A stretch of 64,000 nt of DNA, taken from Zancudomyces culisetae HAW-14-8 (taxonomy: Eukaryota; Fungi; Kickxellomycota). The notes below the pieces were generated by a model. That model worked only from the letters and a program-made list of their open reading frames with translations, was not told the DNA's origin and ran no database searches. Position 1 is the stretch's first letter. Every line of letters starts with the position of its first letter. Both the position numbers and the translations under genes were made by a program. Location of the stretch: positions 4,712,001-4,776,000 of the forward strand of contig JBNJNM010000011.1 of assembly GCA_052426225.1 (NCBI GenBank), in the 5' to 3' direction. Below, one piece after another: positions 25,501-33,590 of this stretch.

Positions 25501-25556
25501 CTGGAACCGCTCTAGTTTCGGATATAACGTTTTACTGCCAGCCTGTTAATTGCTGA
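19536..25556 (+). CDS. secreted mucin-like Glu/Thr-repeat protein with two homologous terminal 4-Cys domains
   Basis: 2006-aa ORF: signal-peptide-like N-terminus, about 170-aa globular domain, about 1640 aa of EETTT/EVTTT/EEVTT repeats, about 155-aa C-terminal domain; no C-terminal hydrophobic GPI/TM tail. Confidence 0.9.
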   Translation: MKFRISPVLAYMLYSVLSTPMFVAQDTNPICQTSIDSITIPEVAESSGAVTYDWGNSIEVRCQGQEYTVIFEVEAFADVNFVISTTQSIFNDGEVVEGLFGLSSGVWSIGSASYVSEDSFIQVISATTQLILRVDSNTIGIGYNDGNPLKGVINTDEYLTSDFLDAQRFYFAFGTANQEVKITSVQYTCNDPEMCEASTTSTEESTTEETTTEETTTEETTTEETTTEETTTEETTTEETTTEETTTEETTTEETTTEETTTEETTTEEVTTEETTTEVTTTEETTTEETTTEETTTEETTTEETTTEETTTEETTTEETTTEVTTTEETTTEETTTEETTTEETTTEETTTEETTTEETTTEETTTEETTTEETTTEETTTEETTTEETTTEETTTEETTTEETTTEETTTEETTTEETTTEETTTEETTTEETTTEETTTEETTTEETTTEVTTTEETTTEETTTEETTTEETTTEETTTEETTTEETTTEETTTEETTTEETTTEEVTTEETTTEETTTEETTTEVTTTEETTTEETTTEETTTEETTTEETTTEETTTEETTTEETTTEETTTEETTTEVTTTEETTTEETTTEETTTEETTTEETTTEETTTEETTTEETTTEETTTEETTTEETTTEEVTTEETTTEETTTEETTTEVTTTEETTTEETTTEETTTEETTTEETTTEETTTEETTTEETTTEETTTEVTTTEETTTEETTTEETTTEETTTEETTTEETTTEETTTEETTTEETTTEETTTEETTTEETTTEETTTEVTTTEETTTEETTTEETTTEETTTEETTTEVTTTEETTTEETTTEETTTEETTTEETTTEETTTEETTTEETTTEETTTEETTTEETTTEETTTEETTTEETTTEETTTEETTTEETTTEETTTEETTTEETTTEETTTEETTTEETTTEETTTEETTTEETTTEETTTEETTTEETTTEETTTEETTTEETTTEETTTEETTTEETTTEETTTEETTTEETTTEETTTEETTTEETTTEETTTEETTTEETTTEETTTEETTTEETTTEETTTEETTTEETTTEETTTEETTTEETTTEETTTEETTTEETTTEETTTEETTTEETTTEETTTEETTTEETTTEETTTEVTTTEETTTEETTTEETTTEETTTEETTTEETTTEETTTEETTTEETTTEETTTEETTTEETTTEETTTEETTTEETTTEETTTEETTTEETTTEVTTTEETTTEETTTEEVTTEETTTEETTTEETTTEETTTEETTTEETTTEETTTEETTTEETTTEETTTEETTTEETTTEETTTEETTTEETTTEETTTEETTTEETTTEETTTEETTTEETTTEETTTEETTTEVTTTEETTTEETTTEETTTEETTTEETTTEETTTEETTTEETTTEETTTEETTTEETTTEETTTEETTTEETTTEETTTEETTTEETTTEETTTEVTTTEETTTEETTTEEVTTEETTTEETTTEETTTEETTTEETTTEETTTEETTTEETTTEETTTEETTTEETTTEETTTEETTTEETTTEETTTEETTTEETTTEETTTEETTTEETTTEETTTEETTTEETTTEETTTEETTTEETTTEETTTEETTTEETTTEETTTEETTTEETTTEETTTEETTTEETTTEETTTEETTTEETTTEVTTTEETTTEETTTEETTTEETTTEETTTEETTTEETTTEETTTEETTTEETTTEETTTEVTTTEETTTEETTTEETTTEETTTEETTTEVTTTEETTTEETTTEETTTEETTTEETTTEETTTEETTTEETTTEETTTEETTTEETTTEETTTEEVTTEETTTEETTTEVTTTEETTTSTSSTCDSVFTYPAISADSSAKNKNYDFSKEILVPCDTQDFELTATVSSTSDLFIAYMDNLGYYSPNGVVEAQFGLYSGIYSVKKTKYIFVKRSHLITRDTPQSVKVTYHNSVMQTYVDGNLRSRFTVLKFNISKMAVASFTGTALVSDITFYCQPVNC
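20142..25075 (+). repeat. coding 15-bp minisatellite (GAR GAR ACH ACH ACW), about 329 units, with higher-order duplications
   Basis: Continuous 15-nt periodicity; identical blocks at 360-bp spacing (22081 vs 22441) and 690-bp spacing (22921 vs 23611). Confidence 0.97.
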
Positions 25557-25841
25557 TACTAAAGCAGCTATTGTTAGTCTGCCACTGAGTAGATTGAAAC
25601 AGGAAAGTAAACGGTAATTTGGACAACTGTTTTACAGGATGAGGAACAGCTAACTTTTTTTCATGTCAGGTGTATGAAACCTTTTGCACAAATACGGAGA
25701 TATACCTCAATGCTTAAATCATGCTGATAGAATTTGTTAAATACATATCGTGATTGATTTTTGTAGTTTTTTGTGATATTTATTTAATAAAATTCTCTTC
25801 TCAAGAAAGAAACTCTATATAAACCAATATCATTTTCTGTA

Positions 25842-27269
25842 TTAACTACTCTTCATGTTGCGAACTAGTATTGCGCTGGTAAACTCGGCCTCAATCTGAA
25901 TGAAGGACTTACCTTTGGTCTCAGGACAAAATGCCCACACGAAAATAATAGAAAAAAACATGCAACCTCCGTATATTAAGTACAACCCCCAACCAAGTCG
26001 ATTGAGAACAAAGGGGGTGATAAACCCTACCAGGGATGTCATAAGCCAGTTAGTAGCCGTAGTAATTGACGTTGCCTTTGCTCGCATGTTTGTTGAAAAG
26101 ATTTCAGGTGGATAGATCCAGCCAATTGGACCCCATGAGACAGAGTAGAAAAACAAAAAAATGTACATAAAAACAAGACCAGTCCAGGCGCATGTAGGGT
26201 TGTAGTATCCATATTTATCATTTATATTCCACGCACCGCCATACAAACAAGTGACGACTATTCCTAAATGACAGATAGTAGAACCAAACGAACCAAACAG
26301 CAAAATATTCCGTCTTCCAAATTTATCGATGTACATAACAGCTGGGATTGTAGAAATAAACCCGACGACACCCACCATGGAGGCGGCGACAAACACCCCA
26401 GTTTTAGGTGTAATGTTTGCTTCTTTAACTATATAAACAATATAATACAAGATAGTACTAACTCCCGTGAGTTGTTTAAAAACCTGGAGAAGCACACCAA
26501 GAGTTAATCTCCTATATTGTTGGGTAATAAGCGAAAAATACGATGTTTTTTTATAGTTTTCTGTTCTAACTTCAGCTTCAATATCCCTAGCCTCATTTAT
26601 AATATCTTCATCTTGATAATGTGCACCCCTAAGCTTAGTTAGTGATTTTATAACCTGGTCACTTTTCCCTTTGGCTGCTAGCCATTTTGGTGATTCTGGC
26701 ATAATCGCTACACTCCCTGTAAATAAGATACATATTATCAGTTGGGTCATAAACACCCCTCTCCATTGAAAGCTGCTGCTTTCTACATTGTTAAACCCTG
26801 TATTAATCCAATAAGCAGCCATGATACCAAATGTCATGGAAAGTTGCAGAAGCGAAATCATTCGACCTCTAATGGTTTTGTGAGATATCTCTGTCATATA
26901 CATAGGAACCGTTGCAGAAAGCACACCTATCCCGAATCCACTAATAATACGTGCACATAAAAACATAAACAGATTTACTGCTCCCAATTCGAGCCCCACA
27001 CCAACCATCGTGGTCACTCCTGCAAAAGCCAGTGTTTGTTTTCTTGACATTTTGCTTGCCAATGGACCGACTGCTACTGAACCTAGGAAACATCCCAGTG
27101 TTAAAAAAGATACAATAAGTCCCTTTTTCAAACACATTTGAACGGAAAAGTATTCTGCAAAGTTATCCATAACCAACATTGATGAAATATCAACAATTTT
27201 TAGACCAGCGAGGAGACCTCCTAACGACACTGAAGCCGCCATTTTATAGTTTATCTTGTTTATACCCAT
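25842..27269 (-). CDS. MFS sugar porter family transporter
   Basis: 475 aa; RIISGFGIG, PMYMTEIS, RGRMISL.Q, PESPKWL, QLTG, DKFGRR, WGPIGWIYPPEIF, PETKG motifs. Confidence 0.94.
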   Translation of the reverse strand: MGINKINYKMAASVSLGGLLAGLKIVDISSMLVMDNFAEYFSVQMCLKKGLIVSFLTLGCFLGSVAVGPLASKMSRKQTLAFAGVTTMVGVGLELGAVNLFMFLCARIISGFGIGVLSATVPMYMTEISHKTIRGRMISLLQLSMTFGIMAAYWINTGFNNVESSSFQWRGVFMTQLIICILFTGSVAIMPESPKWLAAKGKSDQVIKSLTKLRGAHYQDEDIINEARDIEAEVRTENYKKTSYFSLITQQYRRLTLGVLLQVFKQLTGVSTILYYIVYIVKEANITPKTGVFVAASMVGVVGFISTIPAVMYIDKFGRRNILLFGSFGSTICHLGIVVTCLYGGAWNINDKYGYYNPTCAWTGLVFMYIFLFFYSVSWGPIGWIYPPEIFSTNMRAKATSITTATNWLMTSLVGFITPFVLNRLGWGLYLIYGGCMFFSIIFVWAFCPETKGKSFIQIEAEFTSAILVRNMKSS

Positions 27270-27397
27270 ATATACGTAACCACTTTACTATTTTGTTTAA
27301 TAATTTTTTATTTTTACCTCAGGGGGAGCAGGGAGGGGTTGATCAGATGAATCGAGAACAAACATGCTATCTAACTAGATAGAAAATTGTTTTCTGG

Positions 27398-27405
27398 TTT
27401 ATATA
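27398..27405 (-). promoter_or_regulatory. candidate TATA box of the sugar porter gene
   Basis: TATATAAA on the minus strand about 130 bp upstream of the ATG at 27269. Confidence 0.3.
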
Positions 27406-30045
27406 AATACTGTATTTTTTTGTTTGAAGTGAATTGAAAAACTTAAAACACCAAGACTCTAGAGTAGAAGGGTATGTTCACAGACTTAAAGATGAAAATG
27501 CGCACTTTACATGCTATAGTACTTGATGCTTAAAATTATTGAATTTAAAGAAAAAAACCTCATACTGCATGTGCGTGCCTAAAAACCCATTATAAAATTT
27601 AAATTAAAAAAAAACAGGTTGATTGCGTTATGCGAGTTATACATTCGCATTTTTCCTTTACATGTTCCATACACGGAAGAGTCCGGTTTTCGACTTTTTT
27701 TTCCATACCCAAAAACTCAAAAACGACAAAACAGAATTCCTAATTTGATGTTGATTGAGCAAAGCTATATGTGTTTATAGAGAAATGTGATGTAGTAGTG
27801 GTTTTTAGAAATGTAGTTTTGTTTTGTTTTTTCAAGTTTATTTCAGATAAAAGGATATTGACTGCGGGTAAATTGCAAAGGTATTAGGAGTATGTAAAAG
27901 TAAGAGCTTTCAATGGCGGTTCGTTGGTGTACGTGTATACTCCAGGACTAATTTTACTACACGCATCACTTTTGTATGTATACAATCTGAATAAAAAAGT
28001 AGAAATATAACCAAACTCTAAATAAAAGATACCCTTGCTATTTTCTGTAATGTTTTTCGAAGGAATAGATAACCTCGTAGTATTAGACTTTTATGTTTCT
28101 AAAACAGTGCCTTATATGGCGGCATCGCAGCTAGGCAATGCTGAAAAAGGCATCTTAAAGCTAGTGGTTTTTTTTTACACTCGGCTCAAGTTAGACTTTA
28201 AAGTTTTTTTTGTAACTTAAGTGATGTATTTTTGCTCATGTATTTTTTTTGGTGCATTACCAAAAATAGCACATTTTTTCGAGATCGTATACGTAAATTT
28301 CATTCAGTGTATTCTTTGTTCCAATATAAATGATTAATTATACATATGGATTCTAACAAGCAGAATGCCAAAGTTTCACAAGCGCATTCCCTTTTATGTG
28401 CTACCTTCTGAGTTGCAATTAGAAGTTTTTAACAAGGTGTAGAAAAAGTCCAAATACCACACCACAACAGCAAAATCTTGATACCATCCATAAAAAAACA
28501 ACGAATTTTGGCAATTCGCAAACCCCTAGCCATAATGATCAGATATGTATTGTCTATTCTACGGTTGCCCCACCTATGGTTGGTAATTGGACCACCTTTC
28601 ACTTATTGGTGAGGCTCATAGGTGAGAGTAAAACGTACCCAAAACTGGAAATGCGGGAAAACTCCATAGTTAGTTTTTCTAGTGTTTCCTATGTGGTTCA
28701 ATCCAGAGATACGTAACTTCTAACAGGCTTTCCAACGTTTCCAGTATTGCTCAAGATAAAAAAAAAATAGATGCAAAGAGGGCAAAGATCTATAAACAGA
28801 AAAGCATGACTGTAGCCTAATGATATCACCACCCTGAAATAGTTTTTTTGGGGGGGTGGGGATGGGGAGGAGTCTCTCTGCTACTTTATCCTACTTTGTT
28901 GACTTGTAAAAATAGAAATACTCCAATCCTCACCCTGGCATACATACACGCTTTGGAAGAGATAACTATATTCGAGCCAACATTCAATAAAAATAGATAA
29001 AATCGTTTACAAATAGGGTCGGTTTCTGAGTTTAAAACCGCTTCACCAAGAATCTATACTACAAAAAAACCTGATAACAGGAGAATATGGATTAAGACTT
29101 ACTTGACAGCAAAATATATGTTGGCTCTGCATTTTCAGGATTATGATGACAGACGATTCATGGCGTATACTTGAATTTATGTCAGCCATTTAATCGACAT
29201 AGATGTAAAGGCTTGAGTGGTTACAATCTTAAATATCCCCAAGCACTAAGCATAAATGGGAAAATCCGAACTGGATAGTGAATGAGAAAAAAAATACGAA
29301 CGATGTATAACAAACTGTCGAATTCAACTCTTTTAGATCTCAAAAAGTATACGGGGAGGGGTCGAATAATTCCTAAAGAGATCAGATCTTGTATTCAAAA
29401 AGGAAATGTAAGCGCAGAGAAAGATTGGAGACACTAAACACTTCCCGGACCACCATGGTAAAAATAGATTGTGTGGAAGATCCAAGGGGGATGTAAGTGT
29501 TGATGTAATTGATGACCAGGTGGATTACAAATATACATAACTTCCGGGCAAATTAAAACCTCTGCTAGCTGAAAGGGTTGAGGGGATCAGAAAAAGTATT
29601 TATAGGTCTGAACGTTGTTGTGTATTGGGATTAGCATTGAAATACCAAGCAAAGAAATAAGAGCAAGTTCAAGTGCATAGTCCAGGAAAAATAAGGTGAA
29701 AGTGTTGCAAGGCTAACTGGATATTGTGCAGGACGTTTTTTTTGTAATGATTTGCGGTATTTTCTTAAATACTAAATACATTGCGTGAAAGAAAAAAGGA
29801 AGGGTTGCAAAAAAAAAATAGTCCTGAAACTGACAATTAATTAGAGATCTAAAAAAAAATTTTTTTTTGTCACAGATTCCGAATTTTTTTTTTACATTAC
29901 AATAAAGCACAAACAAAATAACTAATTTGAATTTTCAACATTTTCGGTTTGTTGGTATAAGACAAAATTCAAATCGTCGGATTTGAATGTTTCCTACTTA
30001 TTAATTGTACATAAAACGAAAATACAAAAAAAAAATAGCAGGAGC

Positions 30046-33000
30046 ATGGAAAAGGTACCAGTTGAAAAAAAGACGGGCAAGCGTGATGCGCTTGTCGAAA
30101 TGGAGAGAGCAAAGCAGGCCAGTTGGGAAGCATCGAAGCTCGATGAACGCGAGATTCCGATAGATGTTACCAAGTTGTCCGACAGCGAGACTGAGGCTGA
30201 ATGGATGGATCTGAATCGCAAACACCCCAAGTACATGGTGACATTCCCATACCCATACATGAACGGACGTCTACATCTGGGTCACTCATTTAGCATCAGC
30301 AAAGCTGAATTTTGTATCCGCTGGGAGCGGCTCAAGGGTAAGAATGCACTTTTTCCACTAGGTTTTCATGTAACTGGAATGCCAATCAAGGCATCTGCAG
30401 ACAAGATTGCACGGGAACTCGAGTTGTTTGGGCCAGAATTTGACGGGAAAGGTGGGCAGATTGAACAGCAAGTTGCAGATATTTCAGATGAAGCAGAACG
30501 CATTGCAGCTTTTGATGCAATCAAGAAAGAAAAGCGCGGATTGGCGGGAACATACCAGCATGAGATTATGCAATCTTTGGGAATACCAAATAGTGAAATT
30601 AAGAAGTTCTCCGATCCGGCACACTGGCTCGAATACTTTCCTCCAAGAGCGATCCAGGATGTCAAGCAGTTTGGATGTGGGGTAGACTGGCGGCGCTCGT
30701 TTATTACAACGGACGCAAATAAGTACTACGACCAGTTTGCGCGATGGCAGTTCACACGGCTTCGACAGAAGAACAAGATCAAGTTTGGCAAGCGGTACAC
30801 AATCTGGAGTGCTAAGGATGGACAGCCATGTATGGACCACGATCGGATGGCTGGTGAGGGAGTGGGCCCACAGGAGTACACAGCGATCAAGTTTGAGGTT
30901 GAGAAGTGGAGCGACAGACTCAAAGACAGCGAGTTTGTGCAAAAGTTGAAGGAACGAGAGAAAGAAGGCAAGGTGTTTATGGTTGCAGCAACATTGAGAC
31001 CCGAGACAGCATATGGAATAACAAATGTGTTTGTAGGCGAAAAGATTGAATATGGCGCATTTGAAGCACCAAATGGAGAGATATACTTGTCAACAGCACG
31101 AGCAGCCAAGAATATGGCATTCCAGGGCCACAGCCGAGTCAAGGACGCAGTGAATCAGATTGCAACAGTGGTTGGACACGATCTGATTGGTACGCAGTTG
31201 CAGGCACCATTCAGCGAGCACAAGAAGGTGTATGTACTACCAATGGACAATGTATCAAGCACCAAAGGTACAGGAATTGTAATGAGTGTACCAAGCGACT
31301 CACCTGATGACTATGTTTCAGTAATGATGCTGAAGAAGAAGCCTGCATTTTATGGGATCGAGGTTGAGTGGGTACAAGATCCAATCGCGGTAGTAGATAC
31401 TCCAACGTATGGTACACGTGCAGCGGAGATGGTAGTGACGCAAATGAAGATTCAGTCTGCCAAGGACGTTGTACAGCTTAGCGCAGCAAAAGAGCTGGTA
31501 TACAAAGAGGGCTTTTACAATGGTACAATGGTAATAGGCAAGTATAAAGGTATGGCGGTGCAAGAGGCCAAACCATTGGTGCGAGCAGATATGCTTGCAG
31601 AAGGCACAGCCTTTGCATACGCTGAGCCAGAGGGATTTGTGTTGAGTAGAAGTGGTGACGAGTGCATTGTGGCACTGTGCGACCAGTGGTACATGGATTA
31701 TGGTGAAGATGAATGGCGCAAGGAAACACAAGCACATCTGAACACAATGGAAACAGGAAGCATCGAGACACGGCATCAATTCAATGCAACGATGGAGTGG
31801 CTCAACCAGTGGGCGTGTGCGAGATCGTTTGGATTGGGAAGCAAAGTACCATGGGATGATTCGATCTTAATCGAGTCGTTGTCAGATTCAACAATCTATA
31901 TGGCATACTACACAATTTCACATTTGTTGCATCCAACAAGTCTGGACCATTCATCAGTCGGACCACTAGGCATTACACCCGAGGATATGGACGATGCAGC
32001 ATGGGACTATGTGTTTTTGGGTCTTCCACTACCTGAAACACACGCCAAGCAGCGCGAACTCAAGTTTTTGCGTCGGTCGTTCTTGTATTGGTATCCGTTG
32101 GATCTGAGAACATCCGGTAAGGATCTGATTCAAAACCACTTGACCTTCTTTTTGTACAACCACACAGCAATTTTTGGTGATCAAGGTTTGTTGCCACGTG
32201 GTGTGCGCTGCAATGGTCACTTGTTGCTAAATGGTGCCAAGATGTCCAAATCTACCGGAAACTTTATGACTCTTCACGAGGCAGTTGAGAAATACGGCGC
32301 TGATGCAACTCGTGTAGCTCTAGCTGATGCAGGTGATGGTTTAGAGGACGCAAACTTTGAGGAGTCGACTGCAAACGCAGCTATTTTGCGACTATTCTCA
32401 GTCATTGAGTGGGCGCTGGGTCTGCGACTAAACCCAACTGCCAGCTCCGACACAATTTCATCTATTGCTAAACCAGATTATGTTGAGTTGCGCTCAGCCG
32501 ATTCGCCACTCAGTTTGGTTGATAAGATATTTGTAGCCTATATGGATCTGCACTGCAAAGCCGCAGCCGATGCGTTTGAATCTATGTCGTACCGCCAGGC
32601 CCTCAAATCTGCATTCTATGAGATGTTGGCAGCCCGTGACTGGTACCGCGATGCATGCGGTCATTGTGCAACTTCCGAGACTCACCACATGCATGCTGGC
32701 GCTATTTCATCCTTTATTGAGCGCTTGTGTGTGTTGATGGCTCCAGTTGCACCACACTGGGCGGATTACCTATGGGTGACCGTGCTGGGTAAGGCACAAA
32801 GCTTGTTCACATCTGCAAACGAAACTAAAGCACTTTTGGAAAGATTCAGTAAGCCTCTCGACATTGAGCACGTCTATCGATCCATCGAAATTGGTGACTA
32901 CATAAAACAGCTCGTCAAGTCTATCAGAGATGCCGAATTCAACTTGGCAAAACAAAACAACAAGAAGAGTGCCAAGAACCAAGTTGTTCCATCCAAATAT

Positions 33001-33471
33001 GATGCTTCCTCGCCACTCAAAACTCTTGCTGTCCTTTACTATCCTACTAACGAGTTCCCATTCGACTGGCAACAACGTATTGTTCAGACCATACGCGAAA
33101 ACTATCCTGCCACTCCTGATGCTGAAACTGAAGCCAAGGTTCGTTCCCACGTCACTGCTCTCTTGCCTTCACTCCTCAAAGCCGCCGGTCCAGCTCAAAA
33201 GGACATTAAGAGAAAGGCTCTACCATTTGCTTCCGAGCTTCTCAAGAATGCCGCAACAATAGGTACTGTTGCCTTTGACCGCCCATTGCTATTTTCTGAA
33301 TGCGATGTACTGCAACAGCTGGTCACTTGCAAATACCTGCACAACGTGCTTGGATTCAGTGATGTATCTATTGCCGAAGTTGACCCCTCTGCATATCCAA
33401 ACTGTGCACCAGGTGCTCCATCATTTGTTGTTAAATCACCACAGGCATCTTCAACTGTTCCCGACTCTTAA
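30046..33471 (+). CDS. CDC60: cytosolic leucyl-tRNA synthetase
   Basis: TFPYPYMNGRLHLGH (HIGH motif), KMSKSTGNF, CP1 editing motifs ATLRPET and GTGIVMSVPSDSPDD. First ATG (MEKVPV) is at 30046; the ORF-track start at 29983 is TTG. Confidence 0.96.
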   Translation: MEKVPVEKKTGKRDALVEMERAKQASWEASKLDEREIPIDVTKLSDSETEAEWMDLNRKHPKYMVTFPYPYMNGRLHLGHSFSISKAEFCIRWERLKGKNALFPLGFHVTGMPIKASADKIARELELFGPEFDGKGGQIEQQVADISDEAERIAAFDAIKKEKRGLAGTYQHEIMQSLGIPNSEIKKFSDPAHWLEYFPPRAIQDVKQFGCGVDWRRSFITTDANKYYDQFARWQFTRLRQKNKIKFGKRYTIWSAKDGQPCMDHDRMAGEGVGPQEYTAIKFEVEKWSDRLKDSEFVQKLKEREKEGKVFMVAATLRPETAYGITNVFVGEKIEYGAFEAPNGEIYLSTARAAKNMAFQGHSRVKDAVNQIATVVGHDLIGTQLQAPFSEHKKVYVLPMDNVSSTKGTGIVMSVPSDSPDDYVSVMMLKKKPAFYGIEVEWVQDPIAVVDTPTYGTRAAEMVVTQMKIQSAKDVVQLSAAKELVYKEGFYNGTMVIGKYKGMAVQEAKPLVRADMLAEGTAFAYAEPEGFVLSRSGDECIVALCDQWYMDYGEDEWRKETQAHLNTMETGSIETRHQFNATMEWLNQWACARSFGLGSKVPWDDSILIESLSDSTIYMAYYTISHLLHPTSLDHSSVGPLGITPEDMDDAAWDYVFLGLPLPETHAKQRELKFLRRSFLYWYPLDLRTSGKDLIQNHLTFFLYNHTAIFGDQGLLPRGVRCNGHLLLNGAKMSKSTGNFMTLHEAVEKYGADATRVALADAGDGLEDANFEESTANAAILRLFSVIEWALGLRLNPTASSDTISSIAKPDYVELRSADSPLSLVDKIFVAYMDLHCKAAADAFESMSYRQALKSAFYEMLAARDWYRDACGHCATSETHHMHAGAISSFIERLCVLMAPVAPHWADYLWVTVLGKAQSLFTSANETKALLERFSKPLDIEHVYRSIEIGDYIKQLVKSIRDAEFNLAKQNNKKSAKNQVVPSKYDASSPLKTLAVLYYPTNEFPFDWQQRIVQTIRENYPATPDAETEAKVRSHVTALLPSLLKAAGPAQKDIKRKALPFASELLKNAATIGTVAFDRPLLFSECDVLQQLVTCKYLHNVLGFSDVSIAEVDPSAYPNCAPGAPSFVVKSPQASSTVPDS

Positions 33472-33590
33472 ATTTTTCCTGCTTTATTTTATTTTATTTT
33501 ATGGTTTTCAACAAAATCGTTTTAATTATTAATCAAAACTAATATTTACAAAGTTAAAGTGAACAGAAAGAAATCAGTTTAAAAACTAAA

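Noticed and set aside
28900-29720. Purine-rich stretch with short open frames (e.g. MYNKLSNSTLLDLKKYTGRG...) resembling a pseudogene
   Set aside because: No recognisable protein motif in the frames examined.
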